The notes: generated by a model not told the origin, from the letters alone. A stretch of DNA of 63,411 bases, filler included, from Octopus bimaculoides (GCF_001194135.2; 7 parts of 6 records of this genome joined end to end with filler, not necessarily neighbours in it); one strand, 5' to 3'; numbered from the whole stretch's first letter, positions 10,801 through 21,834 are shown. A program made the numbers and translations.

Positions 10801-13800
10801 CTCAGAATCCCTTCCCTAATCCTACCATGGATTCAGTTAGAAGAACATGGTCATCAGAATATGACAGTTACCACAGGCATCCAGTCTTAAATGCCTTCAT
10901 TAAGGCCCTAAAGACTATGTTAAATAGAAAGGACTGAGCACTGTCTAGGACTACATTTATCCAATGTCTTTTATATATTTTTTTAAGATGGTGGAGTAAG
11001 ATTTAAAGGTGATTTAACTGCTATTTCAAGCTTGTTTTGAGACTCTTCCTTTAGATCACATCATTGAGTTTATCTATATTATAAATGAAAACATGAAGGA
11101 AAAGCAATATGATTCTTACTGAGAATTTGTTCTTTGACTGGTTTAAATATACTGCCTGTCCTATAATTGAAATAAAAAATTAAACCTATCAAAATCAATT
11201 AATCAATCAATTAATTAGCGAATTAATCAATTACAATCTGACACTTATATGTCATCATAATAAAACTCCTTGTAACACCAAAGATGAACTGAAGGCAAGG
11301 ATTATGGCAGCATTCACCAACTTAAACAAGGAGACCGTCCAGAAGAGTTGCAGGAGATTTTGAAGTCGTCTGGAGGGTGTGGTTGAAGTCGATGACAATT
11401 TTATTGAATAAATTTACTCTTTAGTATTTCAAGATATTTTTATGTAATTTTGGTAAATATCTGTTAAAATGAGATGTCGTTGTTATTTTCATTTTTGCAT
11501 AATTTAGACAGCAATAAATTCACCACACCCCATATATATATATGAAAAAAAAAAGGTCAAGGTAGAAAATGCTAAAATACTTTTATAAAAAACATTTCAG
11601 TACCAGTTTCAGCCAATGAGACTTTTTCAACTGTAAGTATGGAAAACAATTAAATTTTGGAAAAATTAAAAGAAAAGTTTTTTAAAAGAATATTTGCATA
11701 TTCAAATATAAGGGGCATTTTCCTTGTTTCTGCCTGTCTCCGTCTCTCTTGTTTACTCTTGTAGGTTTGACCTCGAACCTGCAGGTTAATGAAGTGAATA
11801 AAAATCACTTTACATATAAATTACATTTAGGAAGGGCTCAGGGTAAATTTTATAAACAGAGGAATAGAGCCAAAAGGGTTTGTAGAAAACATTTCACAGA
11901 CTTACCCCATGCGAGAAGTAGTTGTTTTTAATCCATAAATACCACAAAAGTGAGCTGGACAGCGAATGCTACCACTAATATCTGTTCCTATACCCAAAAT
12001 TGATCCACCATAGCCTATGAGAGCTCCTTCCCCTCCACTTGATCCACCAGGACATCGATCAGCTTTATGCGGGTTTCTAGTTTGTCCGTAAATATTATTA
12101 TTACAGGATTTACTGAAAAGAAAATATGAATATTGAAAAGGAATTATTATTATTATGATTTTGACTGTTATTAGGGTGTTGCAAAGCTATATGGAAATTT
12201 CAGTTAATAAAGCTTTCAAGATTTAAAGTAACAACTGTGGAATAAAACACATCAAATATTTTCCTTTCAGTTTGAACATTCAGTGCAAAAATTCCATTCA
12301 CTCTGTGACTAAATATATATATATATATATATATGTATATACATATAGATCATTGCCAGTGCCGCTGGACTGGCTCCTGTGCAGGTGGCACATAAAATAC
12401 ACCATTTCAAGCATGGCCGTTGCTAGTACTGCCTGACTGGCCTTCATGCCAGTGGCACGTAAAAGCACCCACTACACTCTCAGAGTGGTTGGCATTAGGA
12501 AGGGTATCCAGCTGTAGAAACTCTGCCAAATCAGATTGGAGCCTGATATAGCCACCTGGTTCATCAGTCCTCAGTCAAATTGTCCAACCCATGCTAGCAT
12601 GGAAAGCGGATGTTAAACGATGATGATGATGATATATACATATACATATATGTATGTATCTATATAAATATGTATGTATATATGTGTGTGTGTATGTAAA
12701 ACTTCATAAACAATGTAATCCTTATTGATTTTCAGTGAGAAAAGCCTTGTGATGCAAAACTCAGGAGTACAGCTCACATTTAAAGGACAATGTTTATGCT
12801 GCACACACTGATACCCTAGTCCACATCCAGTTAAAGGTCACCCCACTTTGGCTTGAGAAAAAAAAAGGCATTTGATTCAAGATGTGAAGTGTGAGCCAAA
12901 GGTTGAGCACTGCAAAGAGGAATATAATTTAGCCCCAAGCAATTAATGAAAGCTTACCTCATTAAAGACTGTGGTACATTTGTTGTGACAAATGGAACAG
13001 CACCAAGTTCTTTCAGGCACTGAAGTAGAAATTGAAGCTATTCAAGCATTGATTCAATTATAGCAAACAAAGAAGTTCATTCAAAATGAAAAATATATTA
13101 ATTGCCCTCGTGCCGGTGGCACATAAAAGCACCCACTACACTCTCTGAGTGGTTGGCGTTAGGAAGGGCATCCAGCTGTAGAAACTCTGCCAAATCAGAT
13201 TGGAGCCTGGTGTAGCCATCTGGTTTCACCAGTCCTCAGTCAAATCGTCCAACCCATGCTAGCATGGAAAGCGGACGTTAAATGATGACGACGACATCTA
13301 TATCTATCACCCTCTTTCTCTTCCCCCTTTTCCCACTAATACAAATCTTTATCAATAATCATAATTTCATTCTTTCAGCTTTTATAGAAATATAACTAAG
13401 AACATTTATATAAAGAAAGTTATTACATAAAAAAAATAATTAAAACATTTATATAAAGGAAGTTATTATATTAAAATGTAATAGAAGGTTTTATTTTAAA
13501 TGCAAATTCTTTTAAACAGGAGGAATTGTATTGTTTACCCTGGGAATATGTTTGACAAGTTGGTACCAATAAGTTAGGATTGGATTGGATTGTTTAGTCA
13601 ACTGCAGGATGAAGGCCTCCGCATGTCCTCTCCACCAATCACAGGCTGATGTGGAGGCCATGAATTTTTAGCATGAGATCATATTGGTTTCACAATAGCT
13701 AGACATGGCTTAGCAGATAGGTGTAGTTTTTATATTCATACCCAGGAGTAGTTAAGTCAATTACCAAAACATTTAACTCTTCACTATTCATTTTCACAAC

Positions 13801-14396
13801 TTCATTGTGATTCTGAAATTGCTTAGAATGACTGAAGCATTTTTTTGAGTATAAAATAAAACATACCTTAACAAGATTTGAATCATCTGCATGAGGTGGG
13901 CTCAACAGGCTGAAACTTAAGCCACAGGTTGTGTGAAGTCCCTAATTGAATGAAAGAAAAGAAAATTATTATAAGATCAAAACTGTGTAACTAGCCTTTC
14001 TAGTTTATTCTACTACATCCATCAGAATCACTACATGGTCAGAGACCAATAAAACAGGTACCAGGCTTAAAGATAAACAACTAGGGTCAGTTTGTTTGAC
14101 TAAACCCTACAAGGCACTGCCCCAGCATGGCTTCGGTTCACTGACTGAAACAAGAAAAAGAATAAAGAAATAAAGGATGAAAGAAATAAGGAACCAACCT
14201 TGTAGATTATGTTTTCTTTGAGGCTGATTGGAATTCCATGAAGAGGTTTGGTCACATGTGGAACAGAATCACATTTCAGAGCTAATTCCTGGAAAAAAAA
14301 AACCCTAAATCATTAACATTTTTAATTGCAAAACCTTATGAGTGGACTTGGAAGATAGAAACTGATAGAAGCCTGTCGTATATATATATATATATG

Positions 14397-14427
<31 letters not shown>

Positions 14428-16393
14428 GTCTGTGTGTGTCTTTGTGTCTGTGTTTGTTCTCCACCACTACTTGACAACCGGTGTTGATATGTTTACATCC
14501 CCATAACTTAATGGTTTGGGGAAAAAAGACTGACAGAATAAGTACCAGGCTTATAATAAGTAAGTACTGGGGTCGATACATTTGATTAATGAAGATAGTG
14601 GAAAGTGTGTTGGAGATGAGAATTCGGAATGGGGTGGATATGGACGCGATGCAATTTGGTTTTATGCCAGGGAGAGGGACAATAGATGCAATGTTTATCA
14701 TAAGAAGATTGCAAGAGAAATATTGAGATAAGGAGAAGGAGTTGTACATGTGCTTCGTTGATCTGGAGAAGGCATTTGATAGGGTTCCAAGGAAGGGGAC
14801 TGAGTGGACATTGAGGAAGAGAGGTGTACTAGAGGTAATAGTGAGGGCAGTGGTAAGTTTGTATGAGGGGGTAAAGACAAGAGTTAGAATTGGATCAGAG
14901 CTGTCAGAGGAGTTTGCAGTGAAAGTTGGTGTGCATCAGGGATCTGTGTTGTCACTCTTGTTGTTTGCAGTAGTGGTTGATGTGGTGACAGAGAGTGCAA
15001 GAGAAGGATTGATAATGGAGATACTGTATGCAGATACCTTGTTCTGATGAGTGAAACGATGGAGGGAATGAAGAAGTTTTGGAAATGAAGGAGGCGTTTG
15101 AAAGCAAGGGTTTGAAGGGAAACCTCAGGAAGACAAAGATGATGGTGAGCAGGCTGAAAGGAAAAGTGTTAGTGAGTAAGGTGGATCCATGTGGGAGGAG
15201 GATAATGGCAAATGCAGTGTTGTGTACAAGATGTGTGAAATAGATTCATGGTAGATGTATGAAAATGAAGAAGGTGACCCCAAGACTGTTTGTGGAAGAT
15301 GTGAGAAAGGAGCTGGAGGGCTGGTGGAACCAGTGGAAATGTTATGTGATGAAGTGGAAACGGTGAGAGGGTTTTATTATTTGGGAGATGGAGTGGATGT
15401 AAGTGGTGGATGTGAAGCAGCTGAGACAGCAAGAGCAAGACTTGGCTGGGTGAAGTTCAGGGAACGTGGAGCGTTGTTATATGGGAAAAGGATTTCACTG
15501 AAGATGAAAGGAAGGGTCTATAGGAGTTGTGTGAGAGCTGCAATGCTGTAAGGGAGTGAGATATGATGTCTGAAGGAGAGAGAGATGGCAACTTTGAGAA
15601 GGACTGAGAGAGCAATGGTGAGAGGGATGTGCGGAGTGAAGCTGTTTGATAAGAGGAGGACTGAAGACTTGATGAGGATGCTGGGGTTGGAGGAATCGGT
15701 GGAGCAACTATAAACACAAACAGTACATGTAAGAGAGGGAACATACATAGAACACAGATTGAACAATATAGGATTGTATATAGAATGATATATAGAAAAC
15801 ACATTGTAGGCTACTTGGAGAATAAACTCAGAATGAATCAAGTGTTCTTACCTCAGCTTCAGGAATTATTGCAATTAAACAATTGGTTTCCTCTTGGGCT
15901 TCAAGTGCCTGTGTTAGAAAATCAGAGGTTAGACATACTAAATATTGGTTTATAATATTGGCAAAAATGCAGATATTTTGGGGTGGGGAAAAGATAACAC
16001 CTAATTAAATTGAATTTTCGTTATATTAATGGTATTTGTTTTATCAGCCCTTGAAGGATAAAAGAAAATAAGAGTCAATTTCAGCAAGATTTGAACTCAC
16101 AACATGAAGGCATGTAATTAAAAACCACAATGTGTTTAGCTGCCAAAATATGGATTATTATGACAATAATCCAAAGAGGATTATTCTAGTAAAGGAATTA
16201 TTATAATCTTGTATGTGTGTGTATGTGTGCATGCACTCTTGGAGTAGTTGGCATTAGGAAGGGCATCCACCTGTTACCAGTTCCAATCAAACCATCTAAC
16301 ACAGGCCAGCATTGAAAATAGGTCCTAAATGACGATGATGATGATAGATATATACAACAAATTCATTTCAGCTTTTGTCTACAAACACACACG

Positions 16394-16447
<54 letters not shown>

Positions 16448-18393
16448 ATGTCCAACCCAAGCTAGTATCCAACCCATGCTAGCATGGAAAACAAATGTTA
16501 AATGACTATGATGATGTGGATGAGGACAACGATGACGGGCTTCTACACAGATTCCATTTACCAAATTCACTCACAAGACAATGGAAAGCCCAGGGCTATA
16601 GTAGAAGACATTTTCCCATGGCCCCAAGGTGCTGCACAATGGGGCTAAAGGTGAAACCTAATCGTTGCAAAGCCAACTTCTTAATCACACAGCCAGACCC
16701 GTAACCTGATATATCAGTTTTTATGTCCTACACTTTTCAACTTTACCACAATTTGGTTCCTGTAAATTACCAATAATCCTTGGGATCTTTTTTAAAACGG
16801 GGGCCACATTTTTCATTAATGTTTTACGTAGTGTTTTTGGTACCGAAAGACTTTCAAACTTCGTATACTTATCTATTTTGTGTTATAGAACAGAAAAATA
16901 TTTTTGTATTCGAATTTATTTCATGTAAAAAATTGTCTTATTTCAATAATTTCAACCAATCACTGACGTCCATTCAGTCGATATACATTAAGTGCCGACT
17001 ACATAAACAAACGATTCTTCGTTTTATTTGCTTTTTTCATTTTAAATTTGCTTTAACCCTAACCCTAACCCTAACCCTAACCCTAACCCTAGGGTTAGGG
17101 TTAGGGTTAGANNNNNNNNNNNNNNNNNNNNNNNNNNNNNNNNNNNNNNNNNNNNNNNNNNNNNNNNNNNNNNNNNNNNNNNNNNNNNNNNNNNNNNNNN
17201 NNNNNNNNNNNNNNNNNNNNNNNNNNNNNNNNNNNNNNNNNNNNNNNNNNNNNGGGTTAGAGTTAGGGTTAGGGTTAGGATTAATTGTTTCAGAATCGTT
17301 TGTTTATGTAGTCGGCACTTAATGTATATCGGCTGAATGGACGTCAGTGATTGGTTGAAATTACAGAAATACGACAACTTTAACATGGAATAATTTATGG
17401 ATTTCTTTTTTTTTAAAGAAGACTAAGAGAAAAAGATGTTTTATATGACATATTCTACCAGTGTTCCAAGTTTCAAAGTGTTTCGTTAATGAAAAATGTG
17501 GCCCCCGTTTTAAAAAAGATCCAATCCTTGTAAATGACCCATACGTTAGGGACCTTCAGCAATTACTTGCTGGCAGCTGGTAATGGCTAAAGGTTCTTAT
17601 TAGGAAGTCTTCACATTTCTTTCAAACTTGTCTTATAATGATAGAAGCAAATAAAATATAAAAATGGTTTTAAAAAGAAAGATAAAAGAAAGAAGTCATA
17701 ATAATAAAAATTAAATAACCTTGTATTGATAAGCATGAAGAACATCAATAGCTTTTAATGAACGGTCTTTGAGTCGTCTCTGAAGTTGGACAATGTCCAA
17801 TGATAGAATTTCATTTCTCATTTCTTCAGTAAGCTGAAAAAGATGAAAAACTGTGTTAGAAAAATGCCTTGAATAAAAATGAATAAAAAACGTATTTTAA
17901 TATTTTATTCTTGGATTTACAAGTCTGATTTTGATTTTATGAAAGGATTGACTAATAATAATAGGATAGTGTGTATGTTTTATTATAAGCATAATTAGCC
18001 TCCAGAGGTACAACGTCCTTTAAGTTAGAAAAACTGGCTAAGCTCTATTGGAGGCAAAGAACTTAAGTGAGTGAAGTGAAGGGTAGCATGAGAGAGAGAG
18101 CAACAGAGAGAGAAAGAGAAGTGATGTGAGAGAGAAATGCAGAAATATATATTTCAAATACTTACACTTGATTTCTGTAACTTTTCCTTTAAAGACTTTA
18201 GTTGTTCTGCACGTTTACTGTAGGCTTCCTTCATAGCTCTTTTAACTTTCATGCACATGCGTTGTCTTTTGAGTAAATTGAACAGAAAGGTTGTACCTGA
18301 CACCACCAGGATTGCAAAAATGCCTGACTTAATGTAAGGACACATTTCCTCAGGTATATAGTGCTGACAGTATTTACGAAGTGTGTCTTCCAT
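7090..18393 (-). CDS. FAAH: Fatty acid amide hydrolase (FAAH-1-like, amidase signature family); multi-exon gene model, 13 coding exons visible, 3' end missing
   Basis: Hand-spliced exons 18166-18393, 17720-17833, 15852-15908, 14199-14288, 13867-13941, 12958-13019, 11906-12112, 11120-11160, 9702-9826, 9147-9272, 8663-8754, 8330-8417, 7090-7133. All have GT-AG boundaries and matching phases (1349 nt). The product contains GIPISLKE, GAVPFVTTNVPQS, PGGSSGGEGALIG, GIGTDISGSIRCPAHFCGIYGLK, SVGPMA, LRIGYYETD and FSDG, colinear with vertebrate FAAH. Confidence 0.93.
8330..8417 (-). CDS. FAAH: FAAH coding exon 12 (88 bp)
   Basis: tctgttccag|(I)KYESPTEELYFITKSEGFRKIISALVYPF|gtaagt; phase-consistent. 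Confidence 0.85.
8663..8754 (-). CDS. FAAH: FAAH coding exon 11 (92 bp)
   Basis: atttacag|VIDFTPPRILDAVLLAVEIVFSDGRLMRKL(I)|gtaagt. Confidence 0.9.
8820..9030 (+). mobile_element. SINE family C, internally deleted copy in FAAH intron 10
   Basis: Head and CORE-like motif joined directly to the 3' tail. Confidence 0.65.
9147..9272 (-). CDS. FAAH: FAAH coding exon 10 (126 bp)
   Basis: cttttcag|LFDSKKKLRIGYYETDNLIKTIPACRRAVLLAKNALESKGHM|gtaaga. Confidence 0.93.
9345..9640 (-). mobile_element. RLE LINE 3' end copy in FAAH intron 9
   Basis: Reverse complement aligns by eye with 29240-29520 (catgcaggaagtgca...ctgagaagag...ccctaggtgt.aggaagaca). Confidence 0.7.
9702..9826 (-). CDS. FAAH: FAAH coding exon 9 (125 bp)
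   Basis: aattacag|(I)QTSVGPMAQTADGLIMATKALFSQEVFEMDPQISPIEFQNH|gtaagg. Confidence 0.93.
10200..10960 (-). mobile_element. RTE-clade LINE, degenerate fragment in FAAH intron 8
   Basis: Minus strand reads SVLSPFLFNIV...KTGCLW*LSYSDD...KVNLAKT, a decayed RTE RT segment. Confidence 0.7.
11120..11160 (-). CDS. FAAH: FAAH coding exon 8 (41 bp)
   Basis: caattatag|(G)TGSIFKPVKEQIL(I)|gtaaga; the phase 2 to phase 1 boundaries exactly bridge exons 7 and 9. Confidence 0.85.
11255..11533 (+). mobile_element. Tc1/mariner-superfamily 3' end fragment in FAAH intron 7
   Basis: NKTPCNTKDELKARIMAAFTNLNKETVQKSCRRF*SRLEGVVE..FIE*, followed by a terminal repeat ending cacacccc-TA. Confidence 0.7.
11906..12112 (-). 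CDS. FAAH: FAAH coding exon 7 (207 bp), amidase signature
   Basis: cttttcag|(S)KSCNNNIYGQTRNPHKADRCPGGSSGGEGALIGYGGSILGIGTDISGSIRCPAHFCGIYGLKTTTSRM(G)|gtaagt; the nucleophile Ser241-equivalent AGC is at 11968-11970. Confidence 0.96.
12350..12630 (+). mobile_element. SINE-like element with (GAT)n tail (family D, RTE-type tail)
   Basis: AAAGCACCCACTACACTC..GGAAGGGCATCCAGCTGTAGAAAC..CATGGAAAGCGGACGTTAAACGATGATGAT; other copies at 4737-4905, 13105-13295, 21835-22023, 24590-24850 (+) and 3896-4033, 22075-22290 (-). Confidence 0.8.
12958..13019 (-). CDS. FAAH: FAAH coding exon 6 (62 bp)
   Basis: ctacttcag|CLKELGAVPFVTTNVPQSLM(S)|gtaagc. Confidence 0.93.
13867..13941 (-). CDS. FAAH: FAAH coding exon 5 (75 bp)
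   Basis: caattag|GLHTTCGLSFSLLSPPHADDSNLVK|gtatgt. Confidence 0.9.
14199..14288 (-). CDS. FAAH: FAAH coding exon 4 (90 bp), catalytic Lys
   Basis: ttttccag|ELALKCDSVPHVTKPLHGIPISLKENIIYK|gttggt; the Lys142-equivalent codon is at 14217-14219. Confidence 0.93.
14592..15712 (+). mobile_element. RTE-clade LINE, degenerate RT fragment in FAAH intron 3
   Basis: QFGFMPGRGTIDAMFIIRRLQEKY, MCFVDLEKAFDRVPR, VGVHQGSVLS, LYAD, with stops and frameshifts; interrupts a SINE 3' part at ~14590. Confidence 0.9.
15852..15908 (-). CDS. FAAH: FAAH coding exon 3 (57 bp)
   Basis: aacacag|ALEAQEETNCLIAIIPEAE|gtaaga; TNC motif. Confidence 0.9.
16783..17522. mobile_element. Foldback MITE with 37-bp perfect TIRs, 8-bp TSD and internal telomeric-repeat core (Merlin-like, or another 8-bp-TSD superfamily)
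   Basis: Termini GGATCTTTTTTAAAACGGGGGCCACATTTTTCATTAA and its reverse complement. AATCCTTG is duplicated at 16775-16782 and 17523-17530. A second inner inverted repeat lies at ~16960-17030 / ~17290-17360, around a (TAACCC)n-TAGGG-(TTAGGG)n core that contains a gap. Confidence 0.85.
17720..17833 (-). CDS. FAAH: FAAH coding exon 2 (114 bp)
   Basis: tttttcag|LTEEMRNEILSLDIVQLQRRLKDRSLKAIDVLHAYQYK|gttatt. Confidence 0.9.
18166..18393 (-). CDS. FAAH: FAAH coding exon 1 (76 codons, N-terminal membrane anchor)
   Basis: ATG preceded by an in-frame TGA. MEDTLRKYCQHYIPEEMCPYIKSGIFAILVVSGTTFLFNLLKRQRMCMKVKRAMKEAYSKRAEQLKSLKEKLQKSS: hydrophobic helix followed by a basic segment. GTAAGT donor. An acceptor (ttttcag) 6 nt upstream of the ATG implies an unlocated 5' UTR exon. 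Confidence 0.85.
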
Positions 18394-18574
18394 CTTTCAC
18401 TGAAAATGAAACAACATTTTTAATCAGACACATGTGAAATTGCCAGACAAGATTACTTTTTTGCAAAACGTATTTCACACATCATTTCTGAAATTACTAA
18501 TTTTAACATGTATAAATAAATTCATATAATTGAAAATTTGTAATAAATACATATAAATAAGTAAATACACTGAG

Positions 18575-19085
18575 AGACCACAGCTAAGTACTATGGACAC
18601 ATGGTTAGAATGTCTCAGGGAAAGAATCACAGATTAGATTCTCCAACCTAAGCCAACTGGTTGGAGACTTAAGGGCAGACCAATTGTGAGATGGTTGATA
18701 ATAAGCAGTAAAATGTGACAACCAACGCAGACTTTGTGGAGTTAACACAGAAGATATCACCCACATTGTAAGCAGTTGTATGAAAATGTCATCATGGTAT
18801 TATCTACCGATGAGACATGATGTTGTAGCTAGGACACTCTGTGATGAAATCTGTTAGATGGATAACCCCAAGGAGGAAGAAATAAGAACCCACAGTATGG
18901 TAGAAGCCATAGCCACTCATAATAAAAAGGACAACTGGTGGAAAGTCCCAGTGAAGACCTCAATAAAATGTAAGCACAACAAACCTGATATAATGATTTT
19001 GAGATAGAGAAGAGAAACTATGTACAGTTGTGGGAATTAGCTGCCCAGCAGATGTTAACATAAAGCTGAAGATTACTGAAAAAGA
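18575..19085 (+). mobile_element. Adjacent degenerate RTE 3' fragment (~18575-18715) and RLE LINE fragment (~18740-19085)
   Basis: QLRYYGHMVRM..KGRPIVRWLD-like segment, then THIVSSC..RHDVVAR and NKPDI / ISCPADVNI-like segments. Confidence 0.55.
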
Positions 19086-19094
19086 GAATACCTT

Positions 19095-19300
19095 TTTCCA
19101 ATTGACAACCTGGACAGTTTCATTCTTTGGTGCAAGTATGGCCATTTGGCAAAGTCAATAACGACCTGGAAAATTATGTCCAATGTTTGAGTAAACATTG
19201 GGAATCAACTCTTCTACAGTTTTGACCAAAATTTCACTGCCACTTGGAAAAGTGATATCTCCCTTACTGTCTTGTTGAATGCTTCGATTTCCTAGATCCA
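19095..19300 (-). mobile_element. Helitron Pif1-like helicase fragment
   Basis: LLDLGN...TVEELIPNVYSNIGHNF..LCQMAILAPKNETVQVVN matches the Pif1/Helitron RAILAPKN..V..IN motif. Confidence 0.7.
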
Positions 19301-19959
19301 GTAGTTGAGCTGCAGTTCTTCCAGCATCCAAATCTCTGAATAAACTGTCTCTACCAAAAGTCCAATCAAGTCAGAAGTCTGATCAGGCCAAAAGTCCACT
19401 TTAGGTAAAAGTCCAATTTGGGCTGAAAGTTTGCTTTGGGACAAAAGTCTGATTTGGGCTGAAAGTTCAAGTTCTTCAATATTTCCTTCCGAGTGCTTCA
19501 ATTCACAAACTCCAAGAACTTCAATTCACAAACTCCAAGAACTTCAAACCTCATGAACACAAAACCTCTCACTCTAAATTGGATCTAGTTTTAAATGAAC
19601 TGAATTGAAAATATTTTTTTTTAATTCACAGAGTTTTGGTATTACTTTAAATTCAGTTTAAATGAAAAACTGTAAGTACACAAATTTTTAGAGTTCTTTT
19701 AAAATTTGAATTTTCACTTGTTAGCATGTAACAAATCTTCATCCAGACCTGATCCTAATGCTGGATGTTCAAGAACCAAATGGAGGGAAGATTTTCAATC
19801 TCGAGATCATCCTGGTTCCAAAAGCATATATATATATATGTTTATGTAGAGTAAATTTAGATGGACAGACAGAATTTCATGTTCATTCTAATAGACATAT
19901 ATAAAGTCATTTACAACTATTCAAATGAATTCCATACTGCAACATAATGAAATTCACCA

Positions 19960-20375
19960 ATTTTATGGAGTTTTCATTTTTTGTCTATTTTGTTATATGA
20001 GGCCTATCAAGTACTCCAGCTTTTATCTTTTCACTGCTCAGACTGGGTAATGTGCAGCAGATATAGTGAAAGCTTGATCCATTTTTATGAAGAGCCTTAA
20101 CAAACTGCTTCATAATGCCAAGTTTGATATAGAGTGGAGGTAGGATAATTTTTCCCCAGTTGAACTAATGGCTCTTCAACTATCATAAAAGATCCTGGAA
20201 AAAATGTTTGCTGTGGCCATTTTTTGATCACCCAGTGTTTTGTTCCTGGGCCTGCTGTCCCACATACATAAAAAGCATGGATATTTGGTGTATCCACTTT
20301 GTTGCCTCCAGGAGAAAATTAACCATCTTAAAGTCCATGCATATCACCCACTGCTGATTAATGTTGGGGTTTGGG
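19960..20375 (-). mobile_element. DNA transposase remnant (WVICxDxK...GYTKYPCFLC...LHIKLG type; superfamily not assigned)
   Basis: QWVICMDFKMVNFLL/GQQSGYTKYPCFLCMWDSR, KHWVIKKWP, YIKLGIMKQFVKAL, SEKIKAGVLD, with frameshifts. Confidence 0.75.
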
Positions 20376-20906
20376 TGTCTTAAAATCTAGACGTGATGGT
20401 AAAAAATGGATTGCATGTTTGGATTCGTTATATCAAATAACCTTCAAATCAGGCAAAGACATCCTGACAACAAAATACCTGTTCGGTTATGTGATCACTT
20501 TTGAATCCTTAGAATTTAATCTTAAAATACTATTTATTAGTGAAATACTAATTTTGTTCAGAAGGTAATGGAGATTCTACTTAAAACCTAGTCTTAAAAT
20601 ATTTATCCTAGGAAATTTTGATAAAGCAATGGGATTATAATAAATAAATTTAACAGTGAGTTATATATATATATATAAAGGAAGCATTTATTTAATTTGG
20701 ATAAATGATATGAAAAATAATGGTTAAACTTATCGTATGAAAACTGTATTTAAATATATATGAAACAGTACAGCTTATATAATATTAAAATTTAAATGAA
20801 AGGATAGAATTTGAACACAAAATGGAGGTGATGATATTATACAGGTTAGTATCCCTTATTGAATACAAATATGTCAAGAAATTTTATAGCCATGGCTATT
20901 CTCATT

Positions 20907-20960
<54 letters not shown>

Positions 20961-21834
20961 AGGAGTGTCTTTCTTTCTTTTTGTCCTTCTTCAACATTTG
21001 ACAACTAGTATTGACTTGTTTATATCTATATATAATTTAGCAGTTTGGCAAAAGTGACTAATAAAATAAGTACCAAACAAGAAAAATAAGCACTGGGGAT
21101 GATTTGTTTGTCTAAAGCCTTCAAGGCAGTACTCCAGCATGGTCAATGTCTAATGAGAGAAACAAACAAAAGATAAAACAAAAAAAGGTAACACAGATAT
21201 GTGTCTGTGTATTTCAGTGTGGGTGTGCGTGCATTTGCATGCATGTATGTATGTATGTATGTACAAGTGAATGAATGTATTTATGCATACATACATACAA
21301 ACATATATACACACATACTTATATATATATATATATACCCACATTTGTATGTACATACATAAATACATTCATACATAAAAGAGTGAAATCATGTAATCAA
21401 AAGTAAGCATTACTCAGCAATTATTCCATTTAAAAATGTATTGAAATCAGCTCATGTCAGGTCACATGTGCAAGACAGGTATGCGTTTTATTAAAAATTT
21501 AACTCAAAAACTCAAGAAGCTCACAAAGGTTGATTTAGAAGATTTATCAGCAGGAGTAAAATGAATGTTAATAAATGCCTTGGTAAGAAATATAGACTAA
21601 TGTTCATTTTAAGTTGTAAATGTGTGAACTTGGGCCTGCATAGTCATTTGCCAGGTTAAACTAGTGGCGGGATATTCATTTGATTATATCAAGCTGTCTT
21701 AAAGAGCGAAATGACTCATCCAAAGGTCTCTCAGTCACGCCTACTCATTGATTTTCATTTGATGACATAAAGTTGTCATAAAGAATGAAATGATCAAGAC
21801 AAGGATGTCTTGCAATGGTGAATATCTCTAAGCA

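Noticed and set aside
11700-11790. VRGQTYK segment as FAAH exon 8
   Set aside because: Splice phases do not fit; the 41-bp exon at 11120-11160 fits exactly
17052-17280. Ancient telomere-telomere fusion site or true chromosome end
   Set aside because: The orientation is (CCCTAA)n then (TTAGGG)n, opposite to a fusion, and the repeats are enclosed by TIRs and a TSD
20371-20568. Plus-strand 65-aa ORF (RDGKKWIACLDSLY...) as an exon
   Set aside because: No recognisable homology, adjacent to a transposase remnant, weak splice signals
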